A DNA stretch of 62,056 nt, the filler included, from Stramenopiles sp. TOSAG23-6 (Eukaryota), in assembly GCA_900128565.1 (NCBI GenBank). It is 15 parts of 15 records of this genome, joined end to end, with 100 filler letters (N's around TTAATTAATTAA, not from the genome) between each part and the next. Parts side by side here need not be neighbours in the genome. Positions count along the whole stretch, not along the records: positions 1 to 4,070 come from LT637277.1; positions 4,171 to 8,238 come from LT637278.1; positions 8,339 to 12,406 come from LT637279.1; 12 more parts are not named here. One strand, given 5' to 3'. The translations under genes were made by a program, and so were the position numbers. The notes beneath the pieces were generated by a model. That model was given only the letters and a program-made list of their open reading frames with translations. It had not been told where the DNA came from and searched no databases. Within the stretch, counting starts at the first letter, position 1; each line of letters opens with the position of its first letter. Shown here one piece after another: positions 1 to 10,322 of this stretch.

Positions 1-3000
1 CAACTGTACCATTCAGTATGACAACTACCACTCTCGAAGTTCAATGTGGTCCTGAAGAATTTGCTCCATTTACTACAAAACTTTGCAAGGGTGATGTAAT
101 GTTGTGCTCTTCTGCAAGTGCAGATGTATTTACGGGCTCTTCTGTTCTTACTCTAACACCAGGTGTGAATGACTTTGTTGTTTATGCATCATCAAATTCT
201 AAGCCAGATGTTACTGCGTTATACAATATATCTATTACTAGAAGTCAACCAAGCTCTGATGCAACATTGAAAAGTCTAGGATTTCCGAATGGTTATACCT
301 CTGTTCCTAACTTGAATGCTACTGGTCGAACCTATGAAATGGATGCAAAACTTTTGTATACAGTTGCGCTAACTCCAGTTGCAAATGATAGTAAAGCGAC
401 AATTAAAATTGAATTTACATCAGAAAAGAATGGCACTAAAGATAGCGGCGCACCACCTCAGACTATTCCAATGTTAACAGCAAAGTCAGAAGGTAAAAAT
501 GTAGTGAATATTGTGGTTACTGCTGAGGATGGAGTTACAAAGGAGACATATTTAATAAATATTTCTCGTGATGATGTCGCATGTAAAGTGAAATCCTGTG
601 ACGAGGGACGCGAATGTGACAAAATCACAGGTTCCTGCCGCTGTAAAAATGATTGTACGAATAGTAAACAGGGCACATGTAGTGCAGAGACTGGGAAGTG
701 CGAGTGTAAATCTGGATGGGGTTCAGATGACTGTTCTACTGTAGCTTGTCCTTCTGACAAAGATTTAGGTGAATGCTCCGGACATGGGAAATGTGATGAA
801 GGTACCGTGAAATGTATTTGTACATCAGGTTGGGGAATGCCTAGCACTTCAACAGCTGACGTACCCAGTAATGGCGATAATAAAGACGATTCGAACAAGG
901 TTGTTGTTTCAAATGATGGACAGCCCAATACTTGTAGTACTCGCATTTGTGAAAATAATTGTAATAAAGGAGGAGAGTGTGTCGCTGATACTGCAAAAGG
1001 TGGAGATGCTGTGAAATGTGAGTGTTATGAAAGGTTCACAGGTGATGCTTGTGAGATATTTGATGATACCGTCCTCGTTCCTCAAGGGAATGCAGCAACA
1101 ATTGATGTTGCGTATGGAATAAAAGGAGTTGATCGAAACAAAGTCGATTCTACATACTTGGTCGGTACCCCAATATTTGATGAGTCATTTGATTTAAAAC
1201 TTCCTAAAATACAGCAACATATTCTTGATGGTTGTATTACAGCATATAACAGTTCGGGTCAATTTGAAACAGGTTTATCTCCTGATGCCGAGAAAAAATT
1301 AACATTAGGAAACATACTGACCACAAAAAAGACAAAACTTGTCGAGAAAACTACAGTCATTGGAAACGCAACATCAGGTTTGTTGATTCGTACCTCACGA
1401 CTTTGGTGTCCCATGATGGATTTTGCAATATATGCAACGAGTACGTCTCGAAATTGGGGATTTCCAGTGACAGGTCATTGTACGGATCCTTTGTTACATT
1501 CAAAGGAAACTTGTTTGGGTACCAACAGTGGTAACAATACAGGTACAGATGGAAACGACGGTAAAAGACGACGTAAGCTAGCAGGTGATGCACCTACCCT
1601 TGAAAATGATGATAAAAAGGATGATACACCTGTTGCTGTACAATGGTTGGAAGGTCATTGTTTAAGTGGTTCACTTGTCTTGGACACATATACAACTAAA
1701 GAAACATGTGAAGCTAGTACAACTCGAACTTGGGTAAGCGAATTTGACTATAAGTTTAACAAATTTATACGAAATGATTCTACTGGAAGTGCTTACGTTC
1801 AAGGAGGATATATTGGTGATGGACAAGGATACCCATACACAAGAGGTTCAAAAATTAAGTTTCTAAAAACTCGGTATATGATTAATTTAGTTGATAATGC
1901 ACCACTTAAAATCGCGATGCCAATTTATGAGCGTTGGAATGAATATATTAAAAAGCATAATGAAGGTGTATCAGAAGCCACTGCAGTGCAGACATCTAAA
2001 TTGTGGATGTCTGTTATGATGGAAAGTGAAGCAGTTCGAGGTGCAGTAGAGGCGTGGGTAATATCAAATGGAGCTGCATTTATTGCAATATTATTCTTTA
2101 CAGGTAATATATTTGTCGCTTTCTATTGTACTGTTGCAATTATGGGAATAGTTGTTCTTTTAGCCGCTTTTATGGTTGTTTATATGGAATGGGAGTTTGG
2201 AGCAATTGAAGCCATTTCCATTACCATTTTTGTCGGTTTTAGTGTTGATTATTGTCTTCATTTGGCGCATGCATACAATGATTCGCCTCATAGGGATAAA
2301 TTTTTACGAACTCGAGATGCACTTACAATGACTGGTGTATCTGTATTTTCTGCTGCAGTGACAACTATGGGTTCAGCTTTGATGCTTCTCTTCTGTAAGA
2401 TTCAAGTATTTGTTAAAATGGGTTTATTAGTGGGTATGAATACTTTTCTTGCTATATATTTTGCACTTATCTTTTTTGCAGCATTACTAATGGCAGCAGG
2501 ACCAAGTGGTGCTTGTGGTACATGGCGCTGTTGTTGCCCAAAAAAAGACAAATGGGCAAATGCCAAAGGTCGTGATAAATATGGCAATTTAAAACAAGTT
2601 GAAATGAAATCAATGTCAAAAGAAGAGGAAGCTAAAATGGCTGAAAGTGGCGAGAAACCAGATGATAGTATTCATGTACTTATTGATAGAATTGTTGTTG
2701 AGGAAGGTGAAGATAACGACGGAGTTATTACCGATAGGAACATGGATGGAAATATTTCGCCTATTGAAAGTAAAGATTCAACGAATGAAAAGTCAGAAAG
2801 TCAAAGTCGTCTTGCTGCCCTTGCACGAGTTGCTTCCTTCGAGAGAGCTGACAATGCACAAGATGTTGCTGCGGCATTACCAGCCCAACAAAATGGCACT
2901 ACTGGCCAAGGTTCCGACTTAACAAAGAAAGAAAGCGAAACCTTTGAAAATCCTTTCTTTTTTGAAGAAATTCCTAAAAAGCACAAGAAGAAGAAGAAGA

Positions 3001-3017
3001 AAAGAAAGAGTCAATAA
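1..3017 (+). CDS. 5'-partial Dispatched/Patched-like RND (sterol-sensing-type) membrane protein with cadherin-like beta-sandwich and EGF-like repeats in the luminal loop
   Basis: Intronless 999-aa ORF. C-terminal TM cluster with GFSVDYCLHLAHAY and SAAVTT (RND GxxxD-type motif). Cys-rich EGF units (CSGHGKC, CECYERFTGDAC). SSDATLKSL...VTAEDGVTKETYLINISR resembles the cadherin-like beta-sandwich domain. Confidence 0.8.
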   Translation, partial: TVPFSMTTTTLEVQCGPEEFAPFTTKLCKGDVMLCSSASADVFTGSSVLTLTPGVNDFVVYASSNSKPDVTALYNISITRSQPSSDATLKSLGFPNGYTSVPNLNATGRTYEMDAKLLYTVALTPVANDSKATIKIEFTSEKNGTKDSGAPPQTIPMLTAKSEGKNVVNIVVTAEDGVTKETYLINISRDDVACKVKSCDEGRECDKITGSCRCKNDCTNSKQGTCSAETGKCECKSGWGSDDCSTVACPSDKDLGECSGHGKCDEGTVKCICTSGWGMPSTSTADVPSNGDNKDDSNKVVVSNDGQPNTCSTRICENNCNKGGECVADTAKGGDAVKCECYERFTGDACEIFDDTVLVPQGNAATIDVAYGIKGVDRNKVDSTYLVGTPIFDESFDLKLPKIQQHILDGCITAYNSSGQFETGLSPDAEKKLTLGNILTTKKTKLVEKTTVIGNATSGLLIRTSRLWCPMMDFAIYATSTSRNWGFPVTGHCTDPLLHSKETCLGTNSGNNTGTDGNDGKRRRKLAGDAPTLENDDKKDDTPVAVQWLEGHCLSGSLVLDTYTTKETCEASTTRTWVSEFDYKFNKFIRNDSTGSAYVQGGYIGDGQGYPYTRGSKIKFLKTRYMINLVDNAPLKIAMPIYERWNEYIKKHNEGVSEATAVQTSKLWMSVMMESEAVRGAVEAWVISNGAAFIAILFFTGNIFVAFYCTVAIMGIVVLLAAFMVVYMEWEFGAIEAISITIFVGFSVDYCLHLAHAYNDSPHRDKFLRTRDALTMTGVSVFSAAVTTMGSALMLLFCKIQVFVKMGLLVGMNTFLAIYFALIFFAALLMAAGPSGACGTWRCCCPKKDKWANAKGRDKYGNLKQVEMKSMSKEEEAKMAESGEKPDDSIHVLIDRIVVEEGEDNDGVITDRNMDGNISPIESKDSTNEKSESQSRLAALARVASFERADNAQDVAAALPAQQNGTTGQGSDLTKKESETFENPFFFEEIPKKHKKKKKKRKSQ

Positions 3018-3113
3018 AACATATTGAAGAAATGCATGTTTTGATTTGATTATAAAGAACAATATGCATGAACGATTTTATTATTATATTTTCTGACGAA
3101 ATTCACGTTTTTT

Positions 3114-3863
3114 TTAAATACTGCACTTTGACCTCCAGGACGAATCTCCTTTTTTGTTTGTATTTGTTTCTTGTTTTTGCTTCTTTTTCCGTCTTTTTTC
3201 CTCTAAAATATCTCTGACATTTACACCCCCGATCTCCTGTGTACCTATCGATACCGATTTTGTATTATTCGTTTCACTAATATTACTTTTTCTATTGCTA
3301 TTAATGTTCTGGCGTTTTCGCTTCAATTCTTTTACTAAATCTTTAAATCCCTTCTGTTCGTGATTAAAGACTTCAATATCACGTAAGTGATCTTTTTGAA
3401 TCAATTTTGCCTCTTCTACATCCTCCTTTTGAAGCGTCGCACTAAAAGATAAGAATGCTGCAAAATCATCCTCTTCTGCCTTTTTACGAATAGCTTTAAC
3501 GTCAACATTTCGAGCTTTTGCGTCAGCTCCTGCATCTTCAAAAAAGCCTTTAGGAATAGAATGGCCTTGAGTAACTTTATTTTTTGCCACATCGGCATTT
3601 TCTAATTGTTCAATAGGCTTTGCATTAAGCTTTTGTACAGAGTTTGGATATTTTTTTTGTAGAGCTGCAAATAGCTTGGTTTCTTTTCCTTTATACTTTA
3701 CCAATAACTTATCGACGTCATCACACTTTGCAGGATTATGTTCTTCATAGAAGGCCATGAGCATACTTCTATATTTTGAGTTTATAACGTTCCCATTGCC
3801 TTTAACTATAGATACAACCTTTTTACTCAAGGGTAGAACTTGTTCACTTACTGAAGATGACAT
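3114..3863 (-). CDS. ZNF830/CCDC16-like C-terminal domain protein
   Basis: IPKGFFEDAGADAKARNV...EEDDFAAF resembles ZNF830 LPEGFFDDP..DAKVR; ends in SWRSK; N-terminal FYEEHNPAKCDDVDKLLVKYKGKE helical module. Confidence 0.6.
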   Translation of the reverse strand: MSSSVSEQVLPLSKKVVSIVKGNGNVINSKYRSMLMAFYEEHNPAKCDDVDKLLVKYKGKETKLFAALQKKYPNSVQKLNAKPIEQLENADVAKNKVTQGHSIPKGFFEDAGADAKARNVDVKAIRKKAEEDDFAAFLSFSATLQKEDVEEAKLIQKDHLRDIEVFNHEQKGFKDLVKELKRKRQNINSNRKSNISETNNTKSVSIGTQEIGGVNVRDILEEKRRKKKQKQETNTNKKGDSSWRSKCSI

Positions 3864-4070
3864 GTTCTGTCACGCTACTTGTTAATATTTCAAGCAGATT
3901 TCGATACTTTTATTCGTGTAGACGGAATACGCGACTGAAACATGATGCGCATCCAAATACATCAGATCCACCGCAGATAAACTCCCACAAGATGCAAAGT
4001 TGGGATTTGGACATTTTTTGGCCAAAAAATTCGATTTTCTTTCTTTTTTTTTTGTACCAAATTCCGTACC

Positions 4071-4170
4071 NNNNNNNNNNNNNNNNNNNNNNNNNNNNNN
4101 NNNNNNNNNNNNNNTTAATTAATTAANNNNNNNNNNNNNNNNNNNNNNNNNNNNNNNNNNNNNNNNNNNN
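4071..4170. other. Artificial contig linker N..TTAATTAATTAA..N (also ~8239, 12407, 16571, 20727, 24880, 29026, 33164, 37296, 41427, 45556, 49685, 53809, 57933)
   Basis: Identical ~100-nt N-padded six-frame-stop spacer every ~4.1 kb; contig lengths decrease along the window. Confidence 0.98.
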
Positions 4171-4925
4171 TGGAACAGTCTGCGAAGCGAGGAGATTCAG
4201 AAGCACAGTATAATCTTGGAGTACTTTATATACAAGGTAATGGTGTCACTCAATGTTATAAAACCGCAGCTAAATGGTTAAGAAAATCCGCAAAGAAAGG
4301 CGTATCAAAAGCACAGTTTCTTCTTGCTTGTTTTTATGTGAAGGGTGATGGTGTCACTCAATGTTCTAAAACTGCAGTAAAATGGTTAAGAAAATCCGCC
4401 ATTCAAGGCCATTCACGAGCACAGTATAATCTTGGTGAACATTATTTATTTGGTGAAGGTGTCATGAAATGTTATAAAACTGCTGCAAAATGGTTTAAGA
4501 AATCCGCAACTCAAGGCAATTCACAAGCACAGTATAATCTTGGTGAACTTTATTTCCAAGGTAATGGTGTCACTCAATGTTATAAAACTGCAGTAAAATG
4601 GTTAACAAAAGCTGCAAATCAAGGCAATATGGAAGCACAGTATAATCTTGGTTTATGTTATAATAATGGTGATGGTGTCATTAAAAATTATAAAACTGCA
4701 TTAAAATGGATGAAGAAAGCAAAAAAGCAGATAACAGATACAACAGATGAAAACCTAAAAAAAATGATAATGGAATGCAACAAATCGAAATGTATTACTT
4801 GTGGTACAGAGAGTAAAACCACAAAAATGTTTATTTGTAGTCAGTGTAAGTGTGTCGCGTATTGTTCAAAAAAGTGTCAGAAAATACATTGGAAAAGTAC
4901 ACATAAATACGAGTGTGGAAAGTAA
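4171..4925 (+). CDS. 5'-partial Sel1-like repeat protein with C-terminal MYND zinc finger
   Basis: Repeats AQYNLG..Y..G.GV....KTAVKW..KAA.QG; CITC...CSQCKCVAYCSKKCQKIHWKSTHKYEC. Confidence 0.9.
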
Positions 4926-5169
4926 ATTGATAAATTCAATTGGAATTTGAAAGGGAATATTTACGAGTATAATATATTGCATACAATGTAAAATTAAAAT
5001 TGGAAAGAATTTCTATACAAACAGCATATAGAATATGACGTAGAATGAAGTACATTAATCATGTGAAAATAAAAAATAAAAATTTTTCATTACATTTTTC
5101 AATTTTCTTGTTTTTATTTTTTAAATGTAGCTCTATATATATATAGTATATAGTATATAATATTTATAA

Positions 5170-7496
5170 TTAATCTTCTGCACCACATATATGCAATGCT
5201 GATTGAACTGTACCACTACATCGAGGTACTTTACTAATACGTTTTTGTTTATATTGGTTTATATAATTTTCATTGATTTTACGTTTTTCAATTTGTACTT
5301 TTTTCATACAAATTGAAAGTTTTTCAAAATTTTCAGGATAAAATACATCAACACAATTTCCTAAATGTTTGTATATAAAACGGCTCAATCGTCTCATATT
5401 TGTCCCTTGACCATGTACTAATACTACACTACTAGGTTTAGTATACCGAATGAATCTCATAATACCTTCATGAGTTGTAAAAAATATTACAAAAATTTGA
5501 TTTTTTTTGTTAGAATTTTGTACGAAAAAAAAAAAAAAAATTGAAANTTNAAAATTTTGAAAAAAAAATAAATTCGAAATTCATGATGAAAACGTACATG
5601 GTCTGTATGATTGCTCCATCCACTACTGATTTCTATATAACAACGTAATTTTATATTCTTTCCAGATGGCAATTGAATAGTTTTATATGGTAAATGTGAA
5701 AATTGATTTTTTTGAGTATCCATTTGAAGATTGCATTTAATTTTTGCATTGAGTGCATTCAGAGATTTTGATAATCCTGCTAATTTATATGCAACTGTAC
5801 CTGCTGCACTATACCCTGGTAAAATGATCATTGTTGTAGGATCTTGACCCCATCGTTCAAGTGCCTGTAATGCTGTGCCATTTTCTAATGTTTTTGGCCC
5901 GGCAAACAAAACTTGTGGAGATGTTTCAAGATTTGTTTCGGAGTTTTTTTCAAGATTTTTTAAAACGTGTGGAGATGTTTCAAGATTTTTTTCGGAGTTT
6001 TTTCTATAATATTTGTTATGAAATCCATAAAATGGTTTTAATTTCTGTAATGATAATGTAGTTGCATCAATAGTTTCATCATTTTTTGTATGTTTTGCAT
6101 TTTTTGTATTTTCATCATTTCTTGTATTTTTTATATTTTTTGTATTTTCATCATCTTTTGTATTTCTTGTATTTTTTGTATTTTCATCATCAATATCTGT
6201 TAAAACATGCTTCATAGGAGTAGGTTTGTGTCTATTCCATCGTTCAAATACATGATATAATTTCATTGCTTTTTGACTCAACACACCCGACACATATAAT
6301 GGCACATTTACACGAAATCTACTAAAATATTTACCTAATAAAATTGACATGGGTTGAATGCATCCAGTAGCACTACAAGCCACTAAAACACGACCTTTAT
6401 TCATATTTGTATTACATTTTGTATTTATATCAAATTTTGTATTATTTTGTCGTACATTCGAACACACATCTCCAACAACATTAGAATATACTTTGTTAAT
6501 AAAATTTCTATTTCGATGCAACCTAGATGCATGTATTTTGGAAAAATATTTCAAAAAAAATCTAAAAAAATGTGTTAGGTACAAAATTTCGTACGAAAAA
6601 AAAAACAAAAAAAAATTAAAACATACATGTGTTGCCATACTAAATGTTGCCTCACTAATGAGAACATCAGGACGTAATGGTGTATGTATTGGTACAAAAG
6701 CAGAACCTAAATGTGAATCCATTTGCATATCATAGTCTCCAGTATAAAGCACAGTTTGATTAGATTGTAGACATTCTATATAAAACATACAAGCACCTAA
6801 TGCATGTCCTGCATAATACGCCGTTATTTTTATATCATCAATAATAATAGAACCTTTTGTATTCAATTCAATCGTTTTGACTTTTGATAAACATGATTGT
6901 ATATCTTCAATAGAGTAAAAATTAGATTCAGACTCTCCAAAACGACGGACATGCAAATCACGATAATCATTGAGAATAAGACGCGATATTTCTTTCGTTG
7001 GTTCAGTCATGAGAATTGGTCCTTGATATCCATGTTTTTCAGTGTATCTAGGCAATGCACCCACATGATCGAGATGATAATGGGTCACTAAAACACAGCT
7101 AATACGTAAAGAAGAACAACGCGTAAAGTCAGGGTAAATGTCACCTACAGACTTTTTTGTATGACAACCACAATCAAGCATGATGCTACGCCTGTTGTTT
7201 TTCCCGCCTACAGTCACGAGAATACATGAACGTCCAACGTCTTGTCCACCACCAAGTGGGAGTATATCAATCGTAGGGTGTGCAGATTTGTTTACTGGAC
7301 GAAAATTTGTCTCCTCGTTTTGACTCGTGGTAGAATTTCCATTTTCATTAGTTCCACTTGTCGTTCTATTTTCTACCTTTCGCTGACGTTTCTGTACCTT
7401 TCCACTTTGACTTACACCCTTCAATGATACATTCCGCTTGCGTTTGTCTGTTTTACTAATTGGTACTACTTTCCAACGAAACGATTTCATTGACAA
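5170..7496 (-). CDS. INTS11: Integrator subunit 11 / CPSF73-family metallo-beta-lactamase beta-CASP nuclease; introns 6531-6626 and 5470-5597
   Basis: PLGGGQDVGRSCILV, MLDCGCH, THYHLDHVGALP, AGHALGA, YTGDY. After splicing, SNHTDH|EGIMRFI..PSSVVLVHG matches the family SAHADAKGIM..LVHGE spacing. Confidence 0.8.
5470..5597 (-). mobile_element. Introner-like element / GT-AT intron (INTS11)
   Basis: CAT|GTACGTTTT...TTACAACTCAT|GAAGGT; removal joins two ORFs in frame. Confidence 0.85.
6531..6626 (-). mobile_element. Introner-like element / GT-AT intron (INTS11), 96 nt, no in-frame stop
   Basis: CAT|GTATGTTTT...TACGAAATTTTGTACCTAAC...CCAAAATACAT|GCA. Confidence 0.85.
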
Positions 7497-7688
7497 TAAT
7501 TGAAATTTGTAGTCTACTATTGGAGAGTGTTTTTGTTTCGACTACTTCAAAATGACAAATTTGGCCGGATTGATTGATGGTCCCGGGTAACTTTTGGCCA
7601 TTTTTTTGATATAGTCAACATTCTCTCTCGAGTACGTATCGATACCTAAATGAAATTGTGTGACTTGCTATAAAATAATCTAGAGATA

Positions 7689-8238
7689 ATGCAACAAGAA
7701 ATACCCGACGATTTACTATGCCCTATTACACGAGACTTATTCAAGGATCCTGTGTTTGCTGCGGATGGTCACACGTATGAACGATCTGCAATTTTGCGCC
7801 ACTTTCAAACAAAAAGTACGTCACCTTATACAAATGAAGTGTTGCCGCATTTAAATCTTGTGCCAAACTGTCTTTGTAAATCTCAATGTATGGAATTTAG
7901 ACAACAACAAGATAAAAAAAGCATTGCTGTCGATACACTGTTCTTAAAATGCTTTCAAGCGAAAAATTCAACAGACATTATTAAGGCTATTACACAAATG
8001 ATTGAGTTGGTCACAGAGTCTGATTCGTGCACTCTTCCAATGTCAAGTCTTGATAAGTTGAAATCAATTTTTGTAGGTGCTAATAATTATACAAAAGAAG
8101 TTGAATCTGCATTGGGCGCACTACAAATGATGTGTAAAGCAAAAAATGATAAAGGATTTCAAAAACTTGTGAAAATAAGAGAAATGAGAAAAGTCAATGA
8201 AGAATCCGTTGTTGTTTTAGAAGGCAAGATAAAAGAGG
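7689..8238 (+). CDS. U-box domain protein (3'-partial)
   Basis: IPDDLLCPITRDLFKDPVFAADGHTYERSAI...TSPYTNEVL....LVPN. Confidence 0.9.
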
Positions 8239-8338
8239 NNNNNNNNNNNNNNNNNNNNNNNNNNNNNNNNNNNNNNNNNNNNTTAATTAATTAANNNNNN
8301 NNNNNNNNNNNNNNNNNNNNNNNNNNNNNNNNNNNNNN

Positions 8339-10157
8339 CAACATTAGCTATCACAACACTATTAAAAACAGGGAGTGAAAATTCTATTGATAGACTCATT
8401 AAACAAATTTCATCCTTTATGTCAGAAATTGACGATGAGCATAAAATTCGTGTCGTGGCAGCCATTGAAGAATTAGTGGTGAAGTACCCGAATAAACACA
8501 TTATATTGCTGAATTTTCTATCGAGTATATTACGCGAGGAAGGCGGTTTTCAATTTAAAAGCTCTATTGTTAGTGCTATTCTACGTGTGATGGACATCAT
8601 CCCAGAAACAAAAGAATCTGCTTTATTCCATTTGTGTGAATTTATAGAAGATTGCGAATTTCCTAGATTATCAACGCGGATTCTATATCTACTTGGGGAA
8701 AAAGCCCCATTAACCAGAGCACCAGAAAAATATGTTCGTTTCGTATTTAATCGTGTGATTCTCGAAAAGCCTCTAGTGTATGTTTTATTCATTTCGTACG
8801 AAATTTCGTACCTAACAATCATCCATTTCAAAATTTATTTCAAAATTTATTTCAAAATTTATTTTTTTGTACTTATACCTAATCCAAAATATTTTGTACC
8901 TAACAATTTTTGTTTTTGAAAAATATTTTTTTACAGGTTATTCGTGCTGCTGCAGTTTCGGCGTTAGCGAAATTTGGTTCTAAAGTAGAAAGTTTACGCC
9001 CCTCAATAGTTGTTCTCTTACGTCGTTGTCTTCATGATGAAGACAATGAAGTACGAGACCGTGCAACAGTAGCTTACAATCTTTTGGAAAGTCATTCTCA
9101 TTTAGCATCACAATTTGTTGTGAACGATTTATCGCAGAGCTCTGAAGCACTCGGTCGCTCTCTCCAAATATATTACGCTCATCCAGTACCCGGTCCTATT
9201 ACTTTAGAATCTCTCCCTGTTGTGGAGGAACGCGTAGTAGCACCTGTGATGACGAAAAAAGATATGGAAGAGTCACATCTTTTAGGTACTTCATCTTCTA
9301 TGAAAACCACATCATCCTCTGCGAAGGTTGCAAGTGAAGAGCTAAAGAAACTGTATGAAATTCCTCAATTTGCAAAGGTTGGTACATTGGTTAAATCTTG
9401 TAAAGCTGTTGCTTTATCTGCTGCTGAAAGTGAGTTCGTCGTTCATTGCACAAAATATATATTTGAAAATCATGTGGTATTTGCCTTTGGGATCACAAAC
9501 ACTCTTGATGATGCCTTATTGGAAAATGCCGAGGTCAGAATGGAAGCGGATGATGACGAAGTCTTTCCAAATGGAGGTGAACCAAAAGAATGTATTCCTG
9601 CAGCTCGGTGTTTATTTAACACGAAATCTATTTCTTATGTCATGATGCAACGTAATCCAGATGCATTTGACAGTGTTAATTTTGCTTGTGACCTTCATTT
9701 TACTAGTCGAGATATTGACCCTGATTCTGGCGAACTTGATGAAGATGAAGAAGGTGAAAAAGATGAATTTCCTCTTGATAGTTTGAATGTAACACTTGCG
9801 GATTTTATAGTTGAAACCTATGTACCTAAAGGAGAATTCCGAAAAACATGGGAGGAAATGGGAAAAGCTGGAGAAGTTCTTGAAAAATTTGCGCTAGATT
9901 TTAAGACACTTCAAATTGGTGTGAGTAAAATTATCGATCAGCTTGGGATGGGAGTTTGTGAAAGGTCGGATAATGTTCCTGCGGATGCTCGGTCACATAA
10001 TATTTTTCTAGCGGGGACACTATCAGGAACTGCTCAAGTACAGCTTTTGTTACGAGGTAACCTTAGTGTTGGTTCTTCTGGTTGTGTGCTAAAAGTGATG
10101 GTTAGATCTGAGGATCCTACTATCAGCCAGTTGGTGATTGACTCAATTAGTTCATAA
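8339..10157 (+). CDS. COPG: Coatomer subunit gamma (5'-partial); intron 8778-8941
   Basis: [70 protein letters not shown]; appendage domain at the C-terminus. Confidence 0.95.
8778..8941 (+). mobile_element. Introner-like element / probable GT-AT intron (gamma-COP)
   Basis: GT|GTATGTTTT...GTACGAAATTTCGTACCTAAC...ACAGGTTAT|T CGT gives ILEKPLVRAAAV. A GT-AG alternative (8776-8936) adds one residue. Confidence 0.75.
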
Positions 10158-10322
10158 ACTAATTTGGCGGATTGAAGCGTATCATTTATGTAAGTAGACT
10201 ATTATGTCATATCATTGAATGTTTTTATAGTGTACAAATAAAATTACATAGAAATAATATAATGAATATCATTTTTTAAATCTTTTTTTATTTCTACTTG
10301 AGTATATATATATATCTTACTA

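Noticed and set aside
4115-4126. Periodic TTAATTAATTAA motif
   Set aside because: Six-frame stop linker inside N padding; not biological.
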